DNA of 62,551 bases, filler included, from Stramenopiles sp. TOSAG23-2 (taxonomy: Eukaryota): assembly GCA_900128395.1 (NCBI GenBank). It is 9 parts of 9 records of this genome, joined end to end, with 100 filler letters (N's around TTAATTAATTAA, not from the genome) between each part and the next. Parts side by side here need not be neighbours in the genome. Positions count along the whole stretch, not along the records: positions 42,557 to 50,943 come from LT650212.1; positions 51,044 to 59,430 come from LT650213.1; positions 59,531 to 60,991 come from LT652851.1; 6 more parts are not named here. One strand, written 5' to 3'. The notes below the pieces were generated by a model. The model did not search any database. It saw only the letters and a program-made list of their open reading frames with translations, and had not been told where the DNA came from. Numbering within the stretch: the first letter of the stretch is position 1; each line of letters opens with the position of its first letter. This document shows positions 49,443-59,770 of this stretch, in pieces. Position numbers and translations under genes: made by a program.

Positions 49443-50534
49443 ATGTACAATCAATATAGAGGAAACGATATAAATACAGTTCACATGACTCATGGTGTAA
49501 GAGCAAAACATGCTAGAGAAGCTCAAAATGGTGCAAAAGAAAGATTAAAATCGTTGCAAAAATTCTACCAGGATGGTCTTGATGCTGCTGATGATGGTTT
49601 GCATTTGCCAAAATGGGCACTAGATGAGAAAGATTATCTTGCTGAAACAAGGAGGGTCAAACGAGAGATGGCACGTCCAGAAGATATGAGCCTTAAGCAA
49701 TTAAAAGCAGAGCTGATGAAAAGAAAAATGTATAAACCTGGTCTTGAAAAATATGTTCTGGTAACTCTTTTAAAAGAAGTATATGCATCTGACTCTAGAA
49801 TATTGCGATTAAATGCAAAAACGCAAGATTATATGTATACTCAAAACAATACGAATCACGAAAAATTAAAAAAGGTCTTAGATGAAAGTAAAACCATTCG
49901 AAAACGAATCCAGGAAGCAGAAGAAATTGACCAAGCAATGCATTCGAAATTATTAAATAGATTGAAAAAAAAGGGAAGAATTGTTTTTTTATCATTAGGT
50001 TCGTTCCAAGCAGCGATAGATACCAAACGATACAGTACATATGAACTTGAGCAAAGCATATTTATTTTGGATTGTAAACGGGCTAACATTTTTCGACCGA
50101 AAGATGCACCATATATAGACAAGTATCATACCAAAGAGACTTTCTGTTGTATTGATGATTTTCAATCTAGCATAATACTAAGAGCAGAAGAGTTTGGAAG
50201 GGTTTTTTTTTGGAAAGACAAAAAGAAATTCACTGCTATTGGTGAGATGTTTCAAAAGCTGATCGATCCTGTTACAGGTAAAAAATATAATGATTTAAAG
50301 AAAGTATTAAAACCATTTTTTTGGCATAGTAAATGGGGCGAAGAGAGTGATCATAAACCAAAATATACAAGTAGCCAAGAAAAAATAATATTTAATTTTA
50401 AATCAGGCAGTTTTGAAGAAAGGTCAGTTGCAGAATTGTTATTCCATGCCAATATGACTCTACGATTTGGTATGTTATTGCCATGGAGAGAAGAAAAACA
50501 ACGAAAAATGAATCACAAATTAAGAATATCGTAA
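49443..50534 (+). CDS. Hypothetical protein with a SAP-like motif
   Basis: 363-aa ORF. EDMSLKQLKAELMKRKMYKPGLEKYVLVTLL resembles the SAP consensus; the rest is unrecognised. Confidence 0.65.
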   Translation: MYNQYRGNDINTVHMTHGVRAKHAREAQNGAKERLKSLQKFYQDGLDAADDGLHLPKWALDEKDYLAETRRVKREMARPEDMSLKQLKAELMKRKMYKPGLEKYVLVTLLKEVYASDSRILRLNAKTQDYMYTQNNTNHEKLKKVLDESKTIRKRIQEAEEIDQAMHSKLLNRLKKKGRIVFLSLGSFQAAIDTKRYSTYELEQSIFILDCKRANIFRPKDAPYIDKYHTKETFCCIDDFQSSIILRAEEFGRVFFWKDKKKFTAIGEMFQKLIDPVTGKKYNDLKKVLKPFFWHSKWGEESDHKPKYTSSQEKIIFNFKSGSFEERSVAELLFHANMTLRFGMLLPWREEKQRKMNHKLRIS

Positions 50535-50577
50535 AATTTGTCGAGATGCATATCTTTATATTATCATACATATTGAA

Positions 50578-50749
50578 TGCGCCCGAAAGGATAAAAACAT
50601 ACGTAGAAACCTACTCGTGTTTTGTAGAGTATTAGAGTGCAGACGTGCATTAGAGCTTTAATATCGTACGTATTATAGGATCGACACTATATTTCTGAGA
50701 TAGAGTATTGAGAATTGTGCATATTATCATAGTATTTACCACGGGAAGT
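50578..50749 (+). repeat. Copy B of dispersed non-coding repeat family
   Basis: 50604-50660 vs 34706-34761 is 51/57 identical by hand alignment. Downstream blocks GAGTATTG, GCATATTA and CACGGGAAGT are shared in the same order. Confidence 0.88.
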
Positions 50750-50943
50750 ATGATTATCTAAATATGCATTATACGAACGTATATTACAACAGTTATATTG
50801 AACGTATATTTATAAAAAAATATAATATATTTAGTAACACGTATTTTTTTTAAATATTTTTTTACGAAAGTAATATTTAATAATTTACGCATAATTTATT
50901 TAATTTAAGCTAATTTACGCACATAATTTTTAGTATTATAAAT

Positions 50944-51043
50944 NNNNNNNNNNNNNNNNNNNNNNNNNNNNNNNNNNNNNNNNNNNNTTAATTAATTAAN
51001 NNNNNNNNNNNNNNNNNNNNNNNNNNNNNNNNNNNNNNNNNNN
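50944..51043. other. Artificial contig spacer
   Basis: N44-TTAATTAATTAA-N44. Confidence 0.98.
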
Positions 51044-51240
51044 TTTTACACTTGAAAATTGTGTTTTTCTGCCATGTTTTCTGTTTTTCATTTCCTATCA
51101 TATTTATACTTAATATCGTCCTTTCCATATACTCAGTAGATTTGTAGTGTTTGATACATTTGATAGGTAAAATATAAATTAAATCAACATTATCTCGATG
51201 CTAGTTTTATCCCATGTTAGTTTTAAGTATAAAAATGCAT

Positions 51241-51330
51241 ATAATCTCAATACAATGGAAATTCTGTATCAATATCTTATCCCATTTTAGTTAATAATCT
51301 CAATACAATGGAAATTCTGTATCAACATCT
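51241..51330. repeat. 37-bp direct duplication spanning the MOCS3 stop codon
   Basis: ATAATCTCAATACAATGGAAATTCTGTATCAA(T/C)ATCT at 51241-51277 and 51294-51330. Confidence 0.88.
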
Positions 51331-52745
51331 TTCTGCCATTGTTCTAAACCACCATCAATATTAATAACAGTTTTAAAACCCCATTCAACTAATTTATTAG
51401 CGGCTCTTTGTGATGCTATACCTCTTCGGCACAATGTAAATATTTGAATATCTTCTTTAGATAAATTATCAAGGTATGTTTTAAAATATAATTCTTTTTG
51501 CAAATTAAATTCACTATACGGTATATTTTGAAATGGAAATGGTAATGCACAAATATCATATTGATGTTTTGCCCGTACATCAAGAAATAATATTTTTTCA
51601 TTAGATGAAACGTCTATCGTCTTGTCGTTGTTTTTATTTACATTATCAGTGCTACTTCTATTATTAATATTGGAAATTTTCTTCCAAATTGTTTCATAGA
51701 AATTGCTACATGTAATATGTTGAAATTGATCGATTACTACTGACGTATTATTACCTTCTTGCTCTTTTCCTGCCTCATTGATATAATTATTATTTTTAAT
51801 TTTTTTCAAATTCTTTTCATTTGTCTGATTATCTAATGGACAGGATGATTTCTTTGCACAACTGCTACTTTCTTCACCCATACCATTATCTAAACCATAT
51901 TTCTGTAAAAACAAAAGCGTATCATCAAGGGACATTATTTTATTATCCTTTTTTGCATTAATATTATTACTATTATTATCACCACAAACTTCACAAGTTT
52001 CTCTACGTTTATTTAATTTCATTACCATAAATCTCGCATCCATTGCATCAAATATACCTATTCGTCCATTCATACATTCACCAATATTACTTAAAATTTT
52101 AATAGCTTCAATCGATTGCAATACACCAATCAATCCTGGCACTGGTCCTAATACTCCTGCATCAGAGCAACTTGCTACGTTACCACGTTTCGGAGGTCGT
52201 GGAAATCGACAGCGATAACATGGACTATTTTTATAATTATAAACTGATAATTGTCCATCCATACTAACAGCAGCTCCAGAAACAAGAGGTTTATTTGCCA
52301 ATACACATGCATCATTTAATATGTATCGTGCTGTAACATTATCAGTAGCATCAACTACTACATCGTATTTCGAAACAATGGCAAATGCATTGTTTGTTGT
52401 TAATTGTACAGGATGTTTAACATATGTACAAGTTGAGTTTAACTCATTTAATCTTTCAGCTGCTGAATCAACCTTTAATTTTCCTTGATTTTTTTCACTA
52501 TGTATAATTTGTCGATGTAAATTGCTTACGTCCACATGGTCATGATCTAATAAGCCAATTGTACCAACACCGGAAGATGCTAAATATAATGCAGCGGATG
52601 AACCTATGCCACCAATTCCAACAATCAGCACACTTGAAGTCGTTAAAGATACCTGTGCCTTGACACCAAATGATGGTAAGACTAAGTGACGGCCATATCT
52701 ATTGATTTGATTATTTGTTAATGTATGGTTTTTCTGTAGAGACAT
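51300..52745 (-). CDS. MOCS3: Adenylyltransferase/sulfurtransferase MOCS3/Uba4 (ThiF/MoeB + rhodanese)
   Basis: RYGRHLVL, GIGGIG, DVSNLHRQIIH, DATDN, PCYRC, SCSDAGVLGP and CEVC. Rhodanese domain with LDVR..CRRG..IDGGLEQW..FPLY. Confidence 0.95.
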   Translation of the reverse strand: MSLQKNHTLTNNQINRYGRHLVLPSFGVKAQVSLTTSSVLIVGIGGIGSSAALYLASSGVGTIGLLDHDHVDVSNLHRQIIHSEKNQGKLKVDSAAERLNELNSTCTYVKHPVQLTTNNAFAIVSKYDVVVDATDNVTARYILNDACVLANKPLVSGAAVSMDGQLSVYNYKNSPCYRCRFPRPPKRGNVASCSDAGVLGPVPGLIGVLQSIEAIKILSNIGECMNGRIGIFDAMDARFMVMKLNKRRETCEVCGDNNSNNINAKKDNKIMSLDDTLLFLQKYGLDNGMGEESSSCAKKSSCPLDNQTNEKNLKKIKNNNYINEAGKEQEGNNTSVVIDQFQHITCSNFYETIWKKISNINNRSSTDNVNKNNDKTIDVSSNEKILFLDVRAKHQYDICALPFPFQNIPYSEFNLQKELYFKTYLDNLSKEDIQIFTLCRRGIASQRAANKLVEWGFKTVINIDGGLEQWQKDVDTEFPLY

Positions 52746-53700
52746 GTTAGTATTATAATTATAAATTATTAATTATAGTATACAGATACAGATACAATTG
52801 CACGCACACAGAGATACACACGTTAATATTTCTCTATCGTTTGATTTACGAAATTTATTATAATATTTATATTCTCCAATACACATACTATACCATACAA
52901 ATATATATATATATATATATAGATATATAAGGAGCATATCTTATATCTTGTACACAGAGTTTAATATATTAATAATAGATTTTTCCACGTATGAATGCCA
53001 GAAGAATGTGCGATGCCGCCAGAATGTGTGCGAAAGGTGCAAAGCCAGGAATGCTGGAATGGTGTATAATACCAGGTAAATAAGCTGTGGTTAGATTTTT
53101 GGATTTGGTGGCGAGATGTGATTTTTTTTGTGAAGCCTTTTTTTTATTTTGTTTTTTTATTTATATTCATTTTGGTTTTCGCAAACTAAAAACAGCAGTG
53201 CTATTTCCATAGTATCTCCCCCAGAGATTTTTTTTTTACCTGCTTATGCTGGCCTGATATAGTACCTGTATAGCACATCAGTAGTATTATAATGTGCTGG
53301 AGTGCTAGTATTATTAATAAAAAGATATGTATATACATGTATCGTAGATATATATAATATGATGCAAGCATAAGGCAAACCACGTAAAGAAACAAATTCT
53401 ATTATTGAAAGATATTGTATCTATCTATCTATCTATCTATCTATATATATATATATATTCAACTACGTTCCACTACATAAAAAATATTAATCAACATAGT
53501 ACCATACAAGCAACTTTTTTTTTTTTTGATCTAATAAAATATAAAAATCATCACTAAAACTTTATTTTTTGTTTTGCAAAATATAGATTATAAAGATATA
53601 CGTATAATAAATTGATATAATTTACATATTATATATAGTTATAATAAATTGAATATTATAAAAATATTGTATGTGCAATTGATACTTTATACAATATTAT

Positions 53701-55038
53701 ATGAGAAATAATAAAACGATGAAAATAATATATAAAACATTTCTTTTATCAGTATGGTGTTGTTATTGTCTATCATTATCAGTTTCAACACAATTGTCTA
53801 CGGTAAATCCATTCACTACTAATATGAAATGGTGGAATAATATTGTCGATGAATTTGAAATGGTTTTGAATATAGATGGTAAAAGATACAAAGTAAGTGT
53901 ATATCCACAAAATTTAGAAGATACGAATTTATTCGCAAAATATATTGTAGAAGAAATTTTTGGAGAGATAGAACAGTCTGAATCATTGGTTGCTAGGATT
54001 GAATCCCTTTTAAATGAACGGGTAGATTTATTAAAAGATCCAAGACAAGAGAAGGATATGAAATTTCCATCTCGTGACGACATTTTATTTTCAATAAATG
54101 TAAGCTATCCAACAAATAGTAAATTTATTTTAAACAAAAATAGAAATTATGAATATGATCAAAAGACATTAAATTTCTATTCAGATGATTCGATGGATTA
54201 TGCATGGCTACGTTTTTTAAGTTTAAATTACAACACATTTGGATATCAAAGAACTGGAAGATTCGCAAGAGAAAATATTCTTCGAAAAATGCATCGGGAA
54301 CTTTTATTAGATCAAAGAAATAAATGTAAATTAGACAATAATAAATGCCAAATAAATCATTGTAAAAAACATTTACCAACTTTTAATGGCTATGAAATGA
54401 AAGTTATCAAACCACAAATGCAGGACGTTAAAAAATCACGTGTTGTAGCAGCTGCTGTTAAATTTGCGGTTGATGATTGCGTAGAGACTGGTACATATAA
54501 AGGTGATACAACTTTATTTTTAGCAAATTCAGGTGCATGTGAACGTGTATTTACAATTGAATTGAATAAAATGTTTTATGAAAATGCCAAAAAAAGGTTT
54601 CAACATGAAATTGATAATGGAAATGATAATGCACGAAAAATCATACCATTACATGGTGACTCGGGAGATGTATTACAGAATTCAGAGATATTTAAAACAT
54701 TGAAAGATAGAAACGTTTTATATTTTCTAGATGGACATTATTCTTATTTAGATACTGCAAGGGGAGAAGAAGATTCACCTATTATGAAAGAATTGGAATT
54801 TATATTTAATCAAAATAAAATCTACGGTGTTAATGTAATTATAATTGATGATGTAAAAGAATTTCGTGGATCAAGATTTCGCGAAGGTGAAGGTGGTAGT
54901 TCAACTGATGAAATAATTTACTATCCTGAATTAACATCCATTTTAGATAAACTTTGTGAATATGATCCAACTGCTTTTGTTGATATGGAAGATGATTTAT
55001 TACTAATATCAACAAATAATTATTATCATGTGGTGTGA
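53701..55038 (+). CDS. Signal-peptide-bearing protein with C-terminal class I SAM-dependent methyltransferase-like domain
   Basis: Hydrophobic N-terminus. C-terminal motifs VETGTYKGDT, VFTIEL, LHGDSG, FLDGHYS and VIIIDD. Confidence 0.75.
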   Translation: MRNNKTMKIIYKTFLLSVWCCYCLSLSVSTQLSTVNPFTTNMKWWNNIVDEFEMVLNIDGKRYKVSVYPQNLEDTNLFAKYIVEEIFGEIEQSESLVARIESLLNERVDLLKDPRQEKDMKFPSRDDILFSINVSYPTNSKFILNKNRNYEYDQKTLNFYSDDSMDYAWLRFLSLNYNTFGYQRTGRFARENILRKMHRELLLDQRNKCKLDNNKCQINHCKKHLPTFNGYEMKVIKPQMQDVKKSRVVAAAVKFAVDDCVETGTYKGDTTLFLANSGACERVFTIELNKMFYENAKKRFQHEIDNGNDNARKIIPLHGDSGDVLQNSEIFKTLKDRNVLYFLDGHYSYLDTARGEEDSPIMKELEFIFNQNKIYGVNVIIIDDVKEFRGSRFREGEGGSSTDEIIYYPELTSILDKLCEYDPTAFVDMEDDLLLISTNNYYHVV

Positions 55039-58000
55039 AAAGTGTTTCGTTGTTATTTGCAATCTGTTTCTCTTTTTCAGTAATCAATTTGTTTTTTTCC
55101 TGAATCACTCTTTCCTTTCTATCTAACTCTAACCTCAACTTTACTATTTCATCTACCTCCACTTTTATTTCCATCTCCTCAACACCATCTTCGTTTCTCC
55201 TTCTACCTGCTGTCCTAGTATGTTCACTCAATTCCAATATTTTCGCTTCGTTCCCTTTTAACGGATTCGTTTCCCATTTCACCTTGTTGTCACTTGTACG
55301 CAACCATTGCCCAATCCCTTTTTTACAACACATATTGCACATGCGCATATTTGCAAACTTAGCTAATACTTTTTTCAAAACACCTTGTATCATCTCTTTT
55401 CGATCTATCCATGCAAAAGAAAGATATGTCACCATACCAATAACAACACAAATAATGTTCATGGTTAAAACAGCAATTTCACCAAATCCACATGTTGCTT
55501 GTGAAAACACATCATCAACAATGCAGTCTGGGTAGACAACAAATATACCACCGACCCATAACGTTAAAAAAGAACACAACAATAATAAAATTTCTAATTT
55601 CGTTAAACTTTTCTTTTCAAACGGTTGACTCCATACGGTATGTACTAATAAAATACCAACCACGCCTAGTGCTAGAATGACTTGTAACTTGCTGGTAAAA
55701 ATACCAATGATGATTAATAAAAATTTACGCAAAGCAACCCAACCTTCGTGCATGTAATGTTCTCTTGAAAACCCATCATACAGTGTTCCAAAACGTACAC
55801 GTGTTCTTGGTTGATCTAATTTGTTTCGGAATTTATACAATAATGCTAGGCCAGACAACGGGAGACCAATTACATACAAAATAATCCATGGAATGCCAAC
55901 AGTATATTCAATGGTTTGATGTTTTGCATCGGTACACAGCGTTTGTGGATCTATAATAAATATGTTTCCAACATGTTCAATATATCGACATTTCCATAAT
56001 GCTAACGCACGCGAGGTCACAGACGGGTATATTAAATACAAAAGCAAAACAATTGTTCCTACTGTCATTGCTTTACGTTCCTCAATTTTAATTTCATATG
56101 TCCATGCATAGAGTATCCAACCAACAATGGAAACAATGATTAAAATAAATGGTAAAATACCATATGCTATTGTTTTCATATATTCTATATCAGCAATTGA
56201 TATTGTGGTTGTATCATCATATAATGCACAACGTGCATCTAAAAATGCTTCCCCAACAGATGAAACTGCACTTTGTGCACGGAAAAGATTACGATAATTT
56301 GTAGGCCATGGTATATTCATTGTTGTTGCGAGTGATGTTAATTGTAAAAATGAGATAAAGATTTTTTTCACTCCATCTGAAACACGTATTGCTCCTCCAC
56401 GTTTAATAACAGTAGTCCACACCAGGAATACAAGAAAAAACGTGATGGCCAATGCTAATAAAATGAACAAGCCAATACTAAGACTTTTTTCTTTGTAACA
56501 CGGTTTGCATTTTCCAACACCATCACGGCTGTACCCATTCATACAATCAGCACATAGTCTTGAACCTTCACGATAGCCTTCTAAGGTGTTGCAACCTTCA
56601 GGTAAAACAATAGTCCCTATAGATTTATTAAAGCATCCTGTTATTTCAGGGTTTAAAGCACCTAAACATGCACATGGATTTAAACATTTTACAAATACTG
56701 GTACCGTTTTGTTTGGTACACGCCAATATCCAGCTCTAGCAACTATTCCATTTATGTCTATTCCTGCTTTGCAATATGTCCCAATTGGGCAAGGGATACA
56801 AAGGTTAGATTTAGCATCCAAGTATTGACCGGATGGACAACTTTTTCCACATCCTTCATCCTCGTCTATTGCTCCTATTTGATCCCCATATCGACCTGCA
56901 GGACAATTTCGGCATGCGATTGCTTCAAGTGATGACCCATTAACAATCTCTTCGATTAATGATCTATTAATTACTCCATACTTCGAAGCAGGACATTTTT
57001 CACATGCAGAATCTGGGTTGTTTCTCTGCTCTAGGCTTACATCTTTTTTTCCATAACGGCCTATCATACATGGATTTAATTTGCCATTTTCACAATAATA
57101 TCCAATTTTGCATTTAGTGACACAAGCTTTATTTTCGCCAGGTTTATCATTGTAAAAACCCGAATCACATTTTTTACACGAGGAATCGATTCTATTGGCT
57201 GTGGTGGTACTAAATTTACCAATGCTGCATTTGTTACATTTTATCGTTGCATTGACACTACTGTATTGTCCTGCAGGACAATTTGCGCAAGCTTTCTTTT
57301 CATTTGTTGCACCAGCTTGGCTGCCGTATTTTCCAGGGCTGCAATTGAAAGTACATCCTGATATTTCATTGGGTGCGGCTGATACATTTCCATATTTTCC
57401 AAAAGAACAATTTTTACATCCAATTGATTCACTGGTTGCACGTGTTTCTGTTCCATATTTACCATAGGTACAATCGAGACATTGTGTTTGTCCAGTTTTA
57501 TCAGTGTATTTACCAGGGACACAACTCTCGCATCCATGCATTTCACTTTTAGCCTCAAATACGTTTCCAAAAGTGCCTTGGGCGCAATCGATACATTCTG
57601 TTAAATTTGCAGCACTGTATTTACCTTCTACGCAACTTTTACATTGTATTTGCCCAGGTTTATCAGTGTATTTACCAGAGTCACAAAACGAACAACCAAT
57701 TATTTCGGTAGGAAACCCAGTAACATTTCCAGTAACATTTCCATATTTGCCCATGGGACAGTTTTTACAATTTTTTGCACCTTTCTCTTGAGATGATACA
57801 TATTGTCCTCCTGGACAAAACAAACATTTTGTTAGACCAGGTGTTGATGTGTATTTGCCCATGGAACAGTTTTTACACATTTGCTGTTTTGAAAAAAAAT
57901 CCCCACGAACATCACTAAATGTACCAGGTGGACAACCTATACATGTAATATTGTTAAAATAGAAACCTGCTTCGCACCCTGCAATACCACATGTTACACC

Positions 58001-59194
58001 ATATCGGTTATTTGTTTCATCGACTGGCTTGCAGAGACCCGTGAATGGAGATTCTGTGCATAAATTAGAAGAGCAATTTTGCCAATTTGCGATTCGACCT
58101 TTGCTGGTTTCATCATCATAATCGTATAGAAGATTGCTTTCTGTTGGGTCGTTAAAATAAGTGTTAATAATCGATATTGTTGGAATTGAAGGTGCATTTT
58201 TTCTTTTAGCAAATATTGCATGACCGCGATTATTTTTTGCCATATTCGATATAAAAGATGCTTCACGGATGGTTGCAATTATATTTCCACTAAAGTATAA
58301 CGCGCCACCTCCAGGTTCGCCAGCTGCATTCCTTGTAATTTCGTTGTTGTTGATAGTACAACTAGTAATGTTTATAATTGCTTGGTTACTGGTTGTACCC
58401 CAAGCACCGGAATTGCCAAATAAGTAGAGCCCACCACCACAATCTTTACATCTGTTGAAAGATATAGTTGTGTCTTGGACAACAACAATGCTATATTTTA
58501 TCGTTAAACCACCAGCAATACCATTCAAAGCAGTGTTGAAAGATACAGTCGTATCTTGGATAACAACATTGCTATATCTTATCATTAAACCACCACCACC
58601 AGCACTGCCTTCCGCTTCATTTCTACTTATATTACTACCATATATTTTTACCACGCTTGTCACAATCTTTATACCCCCACCAGAAGCTGTAGCTATATTA
58701 TTTACAATCGAACTGTTGTATATTTTGATATTCCCATTTGCAAAGATTCCACCACCCTCAGATGCTTTATTGTTGGATATAATGGTAAAGAATAAAATTA
58801 ATGTATCACTGTCAGCAACTTTATATGGATTATCGTCATCATCGTAAATATATATAGATCCACCAAATGTTGCACCTGTTGCATCTCCACCAACTAATTT
58901 TATATATCGTAAAATCAATTTATCAGTTTTGCTGCCAACAAAAAAATGGCGTTTACCACTTGCCGCGGAGATTGTTACTAAATTGTTCATATCTGTATTG
59001 CTACCGGTAATTTCCAATGTATTTGAAACAACAACATGATCGTTCCCAGAGATAGTACAATTGGTGGTACGCGTATACGTACCAGTGTTGGTTGTTGCAT
59101 TGCAGTCCCATTCAAGACTATGGCAACCTACTATACATTGATAGAAGCAAAGTAATGCAATTGATAGAAATATTTTTTTTTCCACGTGAAACAT
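54839..59194 (-). CDS. Surface protein: signal peptide, beta-helix (Pmp-like GG-x-[IL] repeats), Cys-rich repeats, multipass TM domain; true 3' end doubtful
   Basis: Repeats NKASEGGGIF and NIATASGGGIK; many CPxGxY repeats; TM block KIFISFLQL..WP..YP..FGTLYDGF..WVALRK. The last ~66 codons are antisense to the methyltransferase-like gene. Confidence 0.85.
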   Translation of the reverse strand: MFHVEKKIFLSIALLCFYQCIVGCHSLEWDCNATTNTGTYTRTTNCTISGNDHVVVSNTLEITGSNTDMNNLVTISAASGKRHFFVGSKTDKLILRYIKLVGGDATGATFGGSIYIYDDDDNPYKVADSDTLILFFTIISNNKASEGGGIFANGNIKIYNSSIVNNIATASGGGIKIVTSVVKIYGSNISRNEAEGSAGGGGLMIRYSNVVIQDTTVSFNTALNGIAGGLTIKYSIVVVQDTTISFNRCKDCGGGLYLFGNSGAWGTTSNQAIINITSCTINNNEITRNAAGEPGGGALYFSGNIIATIREASFISNMAKNNRGHAIFAKRKNAPSIPTISIINTYFNDPTESNLLYDYDDETSKGRIANWQNCSSNLCTESPFTGLCKPVDETNNRYGVTCGIAGCEAGFYFNNITCIGCPPGTFSDVRGDFFSKQQMCKNCSMGKYTSTPGLTKCLFCPGGQYVSSQEKGAKNCKNCPMGKYGNVTGNVTGFPTEIIGCSFCDSGKYTDKPGQIQCKSCVEGKYSAANLTECIDCAQGTFGNVFEAKSEMHGCESCVPGKYTDKTGQTQCLDCTYGKYGTETRATSESIGCKNCSFGKYGNVSAAPNEISGCTFNCSPGKYGSQAGATNEKKACANCPAGQYSSVNATIKCNKCSIGKFSTTTANRIDSSCKKCDSGFYNDKPGENKACVTKCKIGYYCENGKLNPCMIGRYGKKDVSLEQRNNPDSACEKCPASKYGVINRSLIEEIVNGSSLEAIACRNCPAGRYGDQIGAIDEDEGCGKSCPSGQYLDAKSNLCIPCPIGTYCKAGIDINGIVARAGYWRVPNKTVPVFVKCLNPCACLGALNPEITGCFNKSIGTIVLPEGCNTLEGYREGSRLCADCMNGYSRDGVGKCKPCYKEKSLSIGLFILLALAITFFLVFLVWTTVIKRGGAIRVSDGVKKIFISFLQLTSLATTMNIPWPTNYRNLFRAQSAVSSVGEAFLDARCALYDDTTTISIADIEYMKTIAYGILPFILIIVSIVGWILYAWTYEIKIEERKAMTVGTIVLLLYLIYPSVTSRALALWKCRYIEHVGNIFIIDPQTLCTDAKHQTIEYTVGIPWIILYVIGLPLSGLALLYKFRNKLDQPRTRVRFGTLYDGFSREHYMHEGWVALRKFLLIIIGIFTSKLQVILALGVVGILLVHTVWSQPFEKKSLTKLEILLLLCSFLTLWVGGIFVVYPDCIVDDVFSQATCGFGEIAVLTMNIICVVIGMVTYLSFAWIDRKEMIQGVLKKVLAKFANMRMCNMCCKKGIGQWLRTSDNKVKWETNPLKGNEAKILELSEHTRTAGRRRNEDGVEEMEIKVEVDEIVKLRLELDRKERVIQEKNKLITEKEKQIANNNETLFTPHDNNYLLILVINHLPYQQKQLDHIHKVYLKWMLIQDSKLFHQLNYHLHLREILIHEILLHHQL

Positions 59195-59430
59195 TTTTAT
59201 TATATTATTTATAAAAAAAATATTATAAAAAATTAGTAATTATTTTTCAATAATTGTGCTCTGTGTTATTTAACAAATACGAAAAATCAAATGTATATCT
59301 TAAATATATAGCATATATTACAAATGATGATGTTCTCTTTCAACAATGTTAGTTTTGTTTTTGTCTGTGCATTTGATAACACAACAATTGTTATATTCAT
59401 ACATAGTATCTCCCAGGGAGGGATCTCCTG

Positions 59431-59530
59431 NNNNNNNNNNNNNNNNNNNNNNNNNNNNNNNNNNNNNNNNNNNNTTAATTAATTAANNNNNNNNNNNNNN
59501 NNNNNNNNNNNNNNNNNNNNNNNNNNNNNN
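59431..59530. other. Artificial contig spacer
   Basis: N44-TTAATTAATTAA-N44. Confidence 0.98.
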
Positions 59531-59770
59531 CATGATGACGAGACATGGTAACAATATTTTTAAAAATAAAATTTTATAATTAAAAAATCACTTTTCTTCG
59601 TTATTACGACACATAAAAAATATGTACACGCGAACTCTCGTATTTGTTTTATTTACAACACACCGACATTGTTATCATTTTTAATACACGTTCTCACTTT
59701 TTGTAGTATGATAAAATACACACATTTTCAAAGTGTTCAGTAAATATATTTTAATGATAGACGCACGTTT

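Noticed and set aside
50570..50615. Hammerhead-ribozyme-like look of GCCCGAAAGG..GAAAC in repeat copy B
   Set aside because: There is no CUGANGA core, stem II pairing is incomplete, and copy A does not preserve it.
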